Origin: a virus
Lineage: Duplodnaviria; Caudoviricetes
Reading direction: 5' to 3' (one strand)
Length of the DNA stretch: 64,000 nt
Virus record (IMG/VR): IMGVR_UViG_3300021400_001319
Location: 1 to 64,000 of that record
In this document: piece after piece, positions 44,169 through 55,600 of the stretch
Numbering within the stretch: the first letter of the stretch is position 1
Layout of the letters: each line of letters begins with the position of its first letter
Program-made: the position numbers and the translations under genes
The notes under the pieces: generated by a model
The model's database searches: none
What the model saw: the letters and a program-made list of their open reading frames with translations, nothing else
Told to the model about the DNA's origin: nothing

Positions 44169-45104
44169 TTAATTCTCATACGACCAGAAGTTTTCGGGAA
44201 CATCAATTATCCCTGCTTTATATAAATATTTTTCGGAATCAGGGTCACCTGTTTCAGTAAGGGTAAACGTAACCTTTCTGATAAAGTAAATGCCATCGGC
44301 TGTATCAGATGGTGGAGTAGTAATATAACCAAGCCATATTCTGCCATCAGGACTCTTTAGTACTTTAGTACGTCTGTTTCTTAGGAATAATTTAGCTTCT
44401 CTGTTCCATTTTGTTCGCAACGCTTCGTCATCTTCAATCAGACTACAACCATCATCATCTATAGGCATAAACTCTGCGTTTACAGTTACTTGCTCATAAT
44501 TAGCAAGAGTGTTGCTGACTATTGTTGGATAACGGTCATACATTGTTTCAATTACTGAATTGGGCACAACTGCAACATCATCAAGATTCTGGTCTGTAAG
44601 GTACGTATACCAAAGAGCAGTACTATCAGCAATAACTATTCCTTTTGACTTGATATCGAGTTTTTCAATAGAATACTCATTTTCGACGTTATCAACGATA
44701 GCGACCACAGCATACTGATATTCATATCCTGGAACGGCAGTGAAGTCTGTTCCTTCAAGATTATATTCACTTACGTCTGTAGCAAGTTGAACGTCCTTAT
44801 AGTCAATAGTCGTCCACTTATAATCATTAGATTTTTTACGTTTTATAAGCAGATACGAAACTTGCTCAATATCCCACTTGACGTTTCCAGCATATGTATC
44901 ACCATCAAATTTGGCATGCATTGCAGTGTCATAATCCCACTTATCTACAACGTCCTCACTGATTGCTTCATCCATGTTATTAGTAAGCCGTATATCATTA
45001 AACCATGCGTTCTCAAGTTTGACATGGACAATAGGCTCTATGGTAGTAGGAGTACAGGCAACAGAATTATTTTCGCCACAAAAAAAGCTTTGCATGAATA
45101 TCAT
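44169..45104 (-). CDS. distal-tail-like structural protein
   Basis: GGAGG RBS; YPTIVSN..ANYE, K.LKSPDGRIW motif. Confidence 0.65.
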   Translation of the reverse strand: MIFMQSFFCGENNSVACTPTTIEPIVHVKLENAWFNDIRLTNNMDEAISEDVVDKWDYDTAMHAKFDGDTYAGNVKWDIEQVSYLLIKRKKSNDYKWTTIDYKDVQLATDVSEYNLEGTDFTAVPGYEYQYAVVAIVDNVENEYSIEKLDIKSKGIVIADSTALWYTYLTDQNLDDVAVVPNSVIETMYDRYPTIVSNTLANYEQVTVNAEFMPIDDDGCSLIEDDEALRTKWNREAKLFLRNRRTKVLKSPDGRIWLGYITTPPSDTADGIYFIRKVTFTLTETGDPDSEKYLYKAGIIDVPENFWSYEN

Positions 45105-46348
45105 TCTTTCCACCTCCCAATCCATATATCAAATGGTTTATCAGCAAGTACAATAGGCTCTTCATCCATGATGAATCTGTTAACTTCATCTCTTAATATC
45201 TTTTCTGTAGGATCATTATCATTATCAATCCAAACATCATACATATTAGGTGATACTGGATCTAAAGTTACTTCAGGTTCATTGATACCAAAGTGCATAT
45301 CATTTTCTGTTACCAGTTCCGATGTAAATACATAGAACTGATAAATGTTATTTATTCTTTTTACATATATGGTAAATACTGTGGAAGGCTCAGGAATGTA
45401 AGGGTCTGAATATAAGATATATGGAGTCAAACCATTTGGAACTGTGAGCTTGAACCTCATATACAAATCATCATAAACATAAGATGAGAGCGTAAAACCA
45501 TAAGATTCATCAGACACCGTTAATAATGTGTCTGTCTTATAATATTCCTTTATTCTGATACACAAGATAAAATCGCCACTAACCGAAAGCCCGGTAGAGT
45601 AGTTCAACTCTCTATCAACAAGGTTTATATAGCTATCATCATATTCATAATCGCTACCATCTTCATCAGAATTAACAATAGTGAAGTTAGTATAGTATGT
45701 AACAAGACCATTGTTTTCATTACATTTAGCATTGATATTATTAAATTCTGCATTATCATATGCAGTGTCTACATCAATCTCAATATATCCGGTATCAAGT
45801 TCTGTTCCATATTGGGTTAGTCCTTTGGCCCGGATATAATAAACCGTATCATCCTCAAGACCGCTGTAACTATATGTCAGATAATCGGTTGAATAAAATA
45901 CTTGAGACTCTGACAACAATACTTTATTAGAGTCATAAATAAAAAACTGAAACTGAGCTAGGCTTTCCCCCTGTGTTTGTGAATAAAAAACTTCAGCATA
46001 AAAAGAAGAAGTAGTCACAGTCTGTTTATCTACTACGTTGGAAAAATAGAAAGCAGGCTGTTCAAGGCACCAAAAATATCTTTTATCTGACACCGAACTA
46101 GCAACGCCATACATGTCATAACATTGAACTGCTGCGGCATATTTTGTTCCATTAACACAAACATTTGCTGGAAGAGTGCAATACAGGACTCTACTTGGCG
46201 TTGTTGTGTCATATATTGGTTCAAGTGTATCTGCGTTGTATATAATTAGCCTATTCTGATAAGGAAGATCACCCGTATAGGTAAAGGTTATTTGTTTATC
46301 TACTGTTGCGTCAAATGGGAATATGTTATTTACAACAGGCTTTGCCAT
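45101..46348 (-). CDS. baseplate-associated beta-rich (fibronectin-like) protein
   Basis: start MAKPVV after AGGAGG; GLEDDTVYYIRAKG. Confidence 0.65.
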   Translation of the reverse strand: MAKPVVNNIFPFDATVDKQITFTYTGDLPYQNRLIIYNADTLEPIYDTTTPSRVLYCTLPANVCVNGTKYAAAVQCYDMYGVASSVSDKRYFWCLEQPAFYFSNVVDKQTVTTSSFYAEVFYSQTQGESLAQFQFFIYDSNKVLLSESQVFYSTDYLTYSYSGLEDDTVYYIRAKGLTQYGTELDTGYIEIDVDTAYDNAEFNNINAKCNENNGLVTYYTNFTIVNSDEDGSDYEYDDSYINLVDRELNYSTGLSVSGDFILCIRIKEYYKTDTLLTVSDESYGFTLSSYVYDDLYMRFKLTVPNGLTPYILYSDPYIPEPSTVFTIYVKRINNIYQFYVFTSELVTENDMHFGINEPEVTLDPVSPNMYDVWIDNDNDPTEKILRDEVNRFIMDEEPIVLADKPFDIWIGRWKE

Positions 46349-46361
46349 ACTTGACCTCCTT

Positions 46362-46613
46362 TCACCTAGTTCCCATAATAAAAGCATTATTCATCTTGCC
46401 GTTTGGAATATGCACCCATACCGCCATCCCATTAGACAAGCTAATGCCCGTTCCGTTTTTTAAGTAATAATATGCACCGTCAATATTGCATTTATACGTA
46501 TTGCCTTTTATCGCTTCTACGGTACTGGCAACGGTGCGGTTCACATTCTGTTTTTCAATAGCTTTCTGTACCAATATCTCTATTGATTTGAATAGTTCGT
46601 CTTGAATACTCAT
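46362..46613 (-). CDS. small hypothetical tail protein
   Basis: GGAG RBS; V.VHIPNG motif. Confidence 0.7.
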   Translation of the reverse strand: MSIQDELFKSIEILVQKAIEKQNVNRTVASTVEAIKGNTYKCNIDGAYYYLKNGTGISLSNGMAVWVHIPNGKMNNAFIMGTR

Positions 46614-46675
46614 ACTCCAGTTACCGCCTTTGTTAGAAATAGGCAGGTACTCAGTTAAGAATACCTGCCCTTGAA

Positions 46676-49600
46676 TTATTGTTTCATGGCACGTTGATAA
46701 GCGTTACTTATCATGCCAGCGAATTGGTCTTGAATCATATGCATTACAGATTCTCCCGTCACGCCAGAAACAGTGAATGAAGTACCATTTATATTAATAA
46801 CAGTACTTGTATTATTTGTAGTTACATTACTTATGTTCTGTGCTATGGCCTTAATCGGTTCAAGCATTTGAGATGTATCTGCCTTTATTCCAGCCAATGC
46901 ATTGCCCATAGTCTTAAACATATTTATTTCAGCATCTGACAATGGCATTAAACCACTGCCATTAGCATAAGAGTTACCACCATGTTTACCATGTTTGATG
47001 ATGGATTTAGTTTGTTCAGCATTGAAGATAAGATCGCCTTTATGCAGACGAGTAATTTCTGGGCCATGGTCACCAACGGTACGGTATGTTCCTATCTCGG
47101 GATTATAGACAAGCTCTTGTCCAAGTTCTCCCACAAGAGCATTCTCGGATTTCTTAAGTCCTAGCTTTCCGCTTGCATAGGCATTGCCATGGACATTTCC
47201 AGTTGCCAATCCATTTACATGTACATTGCCGGTGTATTTGTGACCAAGAATTTCAGCGCCACCTGATTCATCAAACTCAGCAATCTTTGAAAGAAGTTCT
47301 ACCATTTGAGCTACGCAGGCAGAAATTGCCTCAAGCAATTCATTGAACATGGGAATGATGCCATTTTCACCACGCATTGCTTCTTCGCCTACAATAGGCA
47401 AACTCTTTATAGCACTAACAAGGGTAGAACTTTCGGTGCCGCCTTCTTCTTCAGAATTTCCGATTGTCTCTATTACAGTCATAATTGAACTTGTTAATGC
47501 GTCAAAATCGGAAATAGCAGTGCCGCCACCTTCTCCTTCTTCGCCACCACCAGCTTCACTACCAGTTCCACCACTAGAGCTTGTTCCAATATACTCATCA
47601 GCTGCAGTTTTTACTTCTTCTATGGCGCTAATAAGACCACCTGTACCACCTGCACCCTCTGAGGTTTCAGAAGAAGTTCCTTCGGTATCCGTCATTCCAC
47701 TAGCACCAATGGCAGAAGATACGGCAGTAACTGCATTTGCTAGTGCATTAAATGAACCAATTGCTCCGGTTGTTTCATCACCTAAGGATACTTGACTTAA
47801 AGCGGTAATGGCACTTTCCAAAGCACTGATTTCTCCGTCTCCAATACCAAGAGCTTCAGCACATGACTTCAATGCTTCTGCTAGATTATTGAATGCGTCA
47901 ACAGTAGAAGTGAGATCAGCGTTGGTCATGCTTTGCATTGACTTATCTATACTGTCAAGTGCATCAGCATTCTCACTAACTTTAGCAAGGCTGTCATTAA
48001 GGGTGTCTGCATTGGTTGCCGCGAAGAAGCTGTTTTCTGCAACTGCATCTAAGTTCTCGGCAGCCGTTCCTGCGTTTTCTCCTTCAGTCTTTAAAGCTTC
48101 AGCAGCAGGTACAATGCTCTCAGCAACCTTATCACCGCTTTCAGCTACCTTTTCATTAGCCTCTGCAAACTTTTCCTTTGAACTATAATACTGTTCAGCA
48201 GCTTTACCCTCAGCTTCAATTCCCTTTGCAGCTTTATCTGTTGCCTCTGCAGCATCATTTGCAGAAGTAGTAACATTACCAAGATTAGAGGCTGCATTGC
48301 CACTATTAGTTGCAACATTACCAAGAGCAGTAGCAGTATCCTCAACTTTAGAAGAAACCTCACCAAGAGGCTCTAGTGCTTTATCTACTTCTGAAGCTTT
48401 TCCGGCAATTTCACCAAGTGCTGAATTCACGCTATCTTTTGCAGAACTTGTAGCATAAGATAAACCATCAAGGAAGTTTTGATTTCCGCTATTAGCTTCT
48501 TGTAGAATGTTAAGGTAGGCATCCCTAAATGCTTCAAACGCACCGGGAACATCGTTCAAGATATCCTCTACAGAATAGCCAAGGTCTTCGCCTGCCTCCT
48601 GGATAAGAGCATATGCATTAGCAATCTCTTTAATCTCAGCAAGCTCTTCCCATTTAGATTTCTGTTTTTCAAGAGCATCAATAATGGAATCCCAATACTT
48701 CTCGGTATCAGAGATTAATTGGTCATAATACTTTTCAGCAGCTTCACGAGCTTTTTCAATCTCTTCTCGTTGGTCTTGTAATGTTTCGAGCTGATCTTCA
48801 AGTAGACTCTTTTGTTTTTCTAGAGCAGCAACAGCAATTTCATATTCGGCATCGTCAACTTGCTCTTTGGCTTCACGGACAGCATCTGTATCCGTATCAT
48901 ATCATTCTGTTACTTTTATGACCTACATAAGTAGGCGAGTAGTCATTTCTGGCTACTTCTCGCATTTCTTTTATATGGGATTATATTGCGAGTTCGGACT
49001 GTATATTCACACTTTCGCGTGCGCACTTCAGCATACATGTTACCATGTACGCCCTGCAGTCTCTGCGGTTCCTAATTGTGATTATACTTTGACTCTGATA
49101 TAATTAGACCTTAGACAACATTCGTAACATTTTATTTCGGCTAGAATAAGATGGTTAGGCGGTTGAGTCACTTCAGAACAGCGATGTTCTGTTCAGATAG
49201 ATACCCTTGCTAAGAAAGAAGGTGATATCACAAGTGACGTTCCATGTGTTTTTGTTATCTATAGTTGCGAGTTTAATCGCAGCTTTGATATATGACATCA
49301 TCAAAAAGATTGTCAATAAACACAAAAACGACCGCCACCGCCGTGGAAGTCGTTGATGTGTTAGCATTTATCTAGCCATTCTCGCTTTTATGGCTCAACC
49401 GTCTAATACGAATGTTGTCTTTTTTGTATTTATATCTTAAATACAATGCTCAGTCTTGTCAATATAATCACTTTTAATTTCTGTTAGTTACCTCAGTCTC
49501 TGGTGTCCCATCACCCTTTGACTGATATAGTGTCGTTTATAGATGGCAAATTCTACCATCTGTCCGTCTTTATAAATCAGACGAGTTCTTTGTTGCTGAG

Positions 49601-52600
49601 CTCTTTGAAGTTCATATTGTGCTTTTTGAAGATCGATGTTTCTTTGACGCTCTTCACGTTCTTCTTGAAGTTTGTCGATTTCATCTTGTACCGCATCGAT
49701 TTCGTCTTGCTTTGCATCTATAAGCGCATCGATAGCGTCTAATTGTGCATCATACGCTGCAAGAGCTGCATCTTTTTCATCGTTCAAAGCTTGAACAGCA
49801 GCATCCTTACCTTCTTGGGCAGCACTAATCCGCTTATCAAGAAGAGTACCAACAGCTGAGAAAACAGACTCATAGTAGGAGATGACTCTATTAAAGTAGT
49901 CAGCCATACGTTCGGCATACTCTTCACCATATCCGTCTACATCTTTAAAGTATTTTTCTATGAGAGCGCGATAACGATCCAAGAATTCTTTTTCGCTCAA
50001 AATCCCAGCATCACGTTGCTTTTCAAGTGCCTCTAATTCCTTTTCAAAAGCCTCGACATATGCATTGCCGGCATCACCACCAGATTTACTTGCTTCTTTT
50101 GCAGTAGGGTGTAAGTGTAAACCACTACGATACTTTTCGTCATTATGCCATTTCTGCTGTTGAGATTGCCAATCATCAGGCATGCCATAAGTTGAAGTGA
50201 TGGTTTTTGTTTCTTTGTTTATTGCATAGCCACTTCCCTGATAAGTCAAATCAAGAAGTTCTTTCAGTAGTTCAATGTCAATGCCAAGCTTCTCTGCAAG
50301 AAGATCCAGCCATGACGTATCACCACCAAGAACAATATTTCCAGCTTGCGCCGCCTGCCTCAGATAATCCATCAGCATTTCATCAGCAAGGCCTAATGCT
50401 TTACCTTCTTCGTAAATACGAGCTGCAGCATCAACAGCGCCATCAGCCATCTTGCCTTGTTCATCTTGAGCATCTTGCAAGGTGGAAACAAACGACTGCA
50501 TTTTATCTTCAGCGGCTACAGAATCAACAAATGTATCCACACCCTCAGATTCAAAGCCATCCATCTTCATCTGAGACTTAACCATATCCATAGTCTCTTT
50601 GGTAGCACCTTGAATCTTTATCATGTTACGGGCATAGCTTGTAGCTATCTTATCGAAAGCATTTTGAACATCCGCGACAGATGCATTGTCGGTAGTGACT
50701 TTGATTTCAAACTCTTCGAACTCTTCTTTGCCGACTACACTTTCCCATTTCTCACGAAGAGCTTCTACGTCAGAGATATCCAATGGAACTTTGACTGTAT
50801 CACCTTCAACATTTTCTCTAAAGGAATTGTACAAAGACTGTAGAGACTCTAAATCATCATCAATTTCATTGAACTTTACAGCGCTGAACACTTCTTCTGT
50901 AGCTTTGGCAGCTTTCTCTGTTTCTTCACGATATAACCGCATGGTTTTAACAGCATCGCCACCTGCATCTACATAAGCCTTTAGCCACCTATTATACTCC
51001 TCAGCAGTATCGATCTGTTCTTCATCAAAGAAGGTATAGACACCATAAGAATCAACCATATGTCCATCTACTGTGGTTAATTCCTTTTTGGTTTGCTCGA
51101 CGCGATTTAGAAGTTCCTTGTCTTCATCAACAATATATTCGACGCCTATTCTTAAGCTTTCAGGAAGGTTCGCCTGTAACGAATTCCATAGCTCAATTCT
51201 TTGTGTTGGTGTTAGATTTGGGTCGAAGATGTCATTAAACTTTAATCTATCTTCAGGAGACAACTCTTTTGCCTGCGCAACCCAAGTAGCAATCTCTGCT
51301 TGTAAACTTTTGCCATCAAGTTCTTTAGCAAATTCTTCGGGCAATGAGTTCGCATAATTCCTAAGCATTTCTGCCAGCTGATCATCATCAGAGGCTAGGA
51401 AATTGATACCACCTATGATATTAGGCAATATTCCCAACCATGCCGATTGAAGTTTTGCCTGTCCCTGCTTTAGTCCACGTTGCGCCTGCGTAACTCCCTT
51501 ATTATAACCATTTACCACAGAATCAAAATATTCATCAAAATATTTCTCTATCGTCTGGCGCTCATCAGGAGAAAACTGACCGAAGTTAACGGCTATTGAG
51601 TACTGATTATCAGTAGAATTATCTACAAGGGAATCTCTTAGCCTGCTAGCTAAATCTTCGTTTTCCTTGGCTACCGCATCTATCATTTCTCCATACTTGC
51701 TTTCAAATGTATGGATAAAATCTATAGAATGAGAATCGAATTGCCCAGCTGTTAATACAAGCTGTTCATCTGTTCTAGCGGATATATTTCTCAGCTCCTC
51801 AAGTAGTGCATTGTAAGATTCAATATCCCTTTGGGCCTCTTCTATATCATTTGTGGCATCTTCTACTAGAACCTTGGTATTCTTTTCAGCTTCAGGGAGA
51901 TCTTTATACAACTCATAATTATAATTATCTCGTTGCTGTTCAATCAGCCCTTGTAGCTTTTTCCTCGCCTGCTCGGCATTGTCTCCAAGGTCGAGGATAT
52001 AATTACCATATTCATCAACTCCATGAATTAACTGAGGGAACATTTCAGCAAGTTCTTGGTTAGTAGAAACAAACTCCTTATAATCATCATCTGACAAACT
52101 GATATTCTTACCTGATATAGCATCAACACCTTTGGCCATTTCAAAATATGAATCAGAAAGCTCATTCACTTTCTTCTCATGACTTTTTATATCAGAACTC
52201 ATGTTGTCATATTTTGTTTGTAAATCATCCATGGCCTCGGTAGCTTCTTCCACTGAGATAGTGAATGCATCGTAGGCTGCCACGACACCTGCAATAGCAC
52301 CTGCCGCCAATATACACCATCCAACTGGATTGGTTACAAGCCATGTTGCAAGCGCTTTTATATTTCCCCATAGAGCAGTAGTGAATGCCTCAACAGAAAT
52401 TGTGGCAGTTCCATTAGCAGCGGTAAGTCCTGCTTTTGCCAAGATATCAGCCTTAGTAGCCTCATTAACCCCTGCCAAAGTTAGAATTTGAGCAGCTTGT
52501 GCGTAATTAAGGCCTTCTGTTGCAGTAGCAAGGGCACCAACGGCAGATGCAGCTTGGCTAGCTCCTCCAATAGAAGACAAGGTATTGAGTATTTCCTGAG

Positions 52601-55600
52601 TGGCTTTAAACGATGCCGACAGCTTTCCAAAATTCTTAACAAGAACAACTATACCGGCAATTGTGGCAGAGGATCCAAGAAGGCCAACATGTTCTACTAT
52701 ATCATCAAGCACACCAATAATTGATGTGCCTAAGTCAACAGTATCTTTTGCTAACTGAGAATCCAAAAAATCTGTTTCTAGTTCTTGAAGAGTCGCTATG
52801 AAACGATCAAGAGAGTATTGTATACTCTTTGCGTAATTTTCTTGCTCTTTTGCGGCACTTCCTGCAGATTCCTCTGCAGCCTTATATGCACCTTCCAGAG
52901 TATCAAGATTGCCAAGGACAGCATAAAGAGCGTTTGCATTTCGCTTGCCTGCAAGTGCTTCTCCAAGCGATGCACGTTCTATATCGGTGAGATTGTCCCA
53001 TTCTTTTCCAATACCAAGAATGATTTCATAGATATCTTTAAAGTTATCCTTATCATCCATGATATCGAATCCGGTAAGGCTTTTTACCAAATCTCTAAGC
53101 TTGGACGTAGTAGTAGTAAATGCGTCCTCCTCCTCACCGAGCTCTTCAAGTTCTGTTTTAGCACCTCGAATCCTGGCACTCAATGTTTTCCAAAGAGTAC
53201 CTACAGCCTCGGGATTTTGGACAACCTCATTTGTAGCTGTAACTAGTGCAATTGACTTTGAAAGATCAGTATTAGCAGAATTAAAGGAAGCGGCAGATCT
53301 CTGTAAAGCTTCGCCTATTCCACGGGTGTCGATTGCGAAGTTGTTTGCTACCTCATTATACTTGTCAATTACGCTTTCAGCTTGATCGCTCGCCAACTGA
53401 AAACCTTGAAGAGTAGATATAAGATAGCTACTGGCATCGTCAGCTGACATGTTATCACCAACAGTTGTAAACAAAGTAGTAACTCTAGCCAACTTTTCAG
53501 CAGCATCAACATCATAACCAAGTCTAGCCCAATCTGCGGTAACATTAATTACATGGCTTATACTTGAGCCAAGTTCCTTTGCTGTCGCAGCAGATGTTTC
53601 AAAGTTCTGTGCTAATCTTTCAGTTGAAGCGTCAGACACCTTACGTAATTCTGTAAGAGCGGAATCAACTTCTGTTACAGTAGTTACTATAGCCCGTAAA
53701 TAACGGAACATATCTTGCAAACTGAAATAAGTAGCGAAAAATTGAGCATTTGCTGATTTCAACTGCTTAACAAAAGAATTAAAGAAACTACTTCCTGTTT
53801 GATGAAGTCTCCTTACGTCCGCTTCAATCTCCGCAACATTTCCCTTGAATTTTTCAAAATCAACCTGAGATAGTTCTTCGCCACTATTGATTATCTTACG
53901 AAGTTCAACATGTATTGCATTGAGAACTTCTTTGGATTTTTTCCCCGCAGCGGTGTTATTATCTAAAAATAATTGTATTTCATTATCTAAAGACTTGATA
54001 TCATTTATATCTGCAGGGATAACATCGCCTTTTACTGAGCGATTATTGATATCATTTAATTGCGATTCAAAATCACTTAGCGTAGTAAGAAAATCTACGA
54101 CTTGTTGCCTAACTACGTCAATATTTGAATTCTTAAAATCTATCTTAGCTCCAGATAACACAACGAGGGCTTTGCGTAAATCTTCGACCTCTGTTGCAAA
54201 ACCAGACATAAATGTTTTAGAAGACAGACTTTCTGTTGAATCAATAAAACTTTTTAATCGTTTCTGAGCAGCAGCAATAACAGCTTCCCAATCTTTTTCC
54301 TGGTTCCTTAAACGCTCTGCATCGAAAGCATCAGCATGATAGTCTTCTGGTAGGAATTCATCAGAGCCAACCCAGCCATTGTTCCTAATTTCCAAAAGAA
54401 TCCTATTATATTCCTCAAGAGCATCAATTCTGTTTTGCCAAGCGGACAAGTCAGCACCAGTTTTAGCATTAAGGAGCATGTCCTTCGTTAATTGAGTAAT
54501 GGCTTTATCATTATTATGAATCTGTTTTTCTAGTGCTTCGTAATTTTCTTTTGTACTTTCAAAAGAGTAATAATTACCATCCTTATCGTAACCGCTCGTG
54601 GTTGTTCGGGTTCTAAAACGATCAATAAAACGCGTATTGGCATCATAATAATCGGTAGCAGTAACAGAGCCGTTAGCATTGTGAATCTCGTTTTTGTATA
54701 CCTTATCTTCAGCCGCTGCTAACTTTTCTAAAGCTTTTCTGCGCTCATCTTCGGCCTGCGATGCTCTTCGAGTTATACTTACTCCATCTTCTTCAGCCTT
54801 TGATTCTTCTTTAGTTGCCTCGGTACTTTTCTTAGTGGCATCCGTTTTATTTTTCTTTGCATCTGTCTCTGCATCAATTTGTAAAGATGTCTGTTTAATA
54901 GCTGAATCAGCTTGCTTCTTAGACTCAACATCACTATTGGCCTTTTTGCTCTTTGTGTTTTCATCAATTTTTCGAGTCTGCTTTTCGTACTCGGCAGTTA
55001 AGTCGGCCACCACAGTTTTTGATTTCGATAGATCCTCAATAGGCCTCGTGCCGCCAGCTTGTTCGTATTTCCTGTATTGGTCAGTAATAGTCCTAATAAC
55101 CCCTGGATAATGTTCGGCGTTTGCCCTAGGTTTAGCATATTTGGATGCTAAGGTCTTTATCTCATCAAACTTTTTATCAAGCGATACTTCTGCATTTTCT
55201 TTAGCAGCTTGCGTATTTTTCTTAATCTCTGCAGTATTCTTTGCAACCTCAGATGTATGCTGTGCCGCCTGTTTTGCTTTCTTTTGAGCTACCTTATCCG
55301 TATCAGCTTTCTTGTTTTCTGAAGCTTGTTCTTTAATCGTAGCAGCAGTTTTCTCTATTGCCTTTTGCTTTTTTTTCTCATTGGCAACTGTTTTTTCAGA
55401 TTCTGTTTGAGAAGTCGCTGATAATATAAGCAGGCGGTCTTCTAAATCGTTATACAGCACGCCAAACTTTGTGCCAAAAGATTTGAAGTTATCAAAGAAC
55501 ATTCCCCAAGATTGCTGAGCCGCTGCAGGAGAATCATTAATCTCTTGCCATATTTCATTATTAGCCGCAAGTACTTCTTTCTGAATCTTTTTTAAATCAG

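Larger units (their letters stand above)
48903..49554 (-). ncRNA. group I self-splicing intron
   Basis: P1 GAUGGU/GCCAUC with U.G at the 5' splice site, CAGAGACUG and UACAGUCCGAAC (P7-type) elements, terminal ...GTAACAGAATG omega-G; removal restores the frame. Confidence 0.88.

Noticed and set aside
49173-49367. Minus-strand 64-aa ORF as an intron-encoded protein
   Set aside because: No nuclease motif or RBS; it is the antisense shadow of the + strand toxin ORF.
48559-49600. TMP split by a programmed frameshift, or into two independent genes
   Set aside because: The 652-nt interruption has group I splice-site and core signatures, and precise removal restores the frame; the TTG start at 48559 lacks support.
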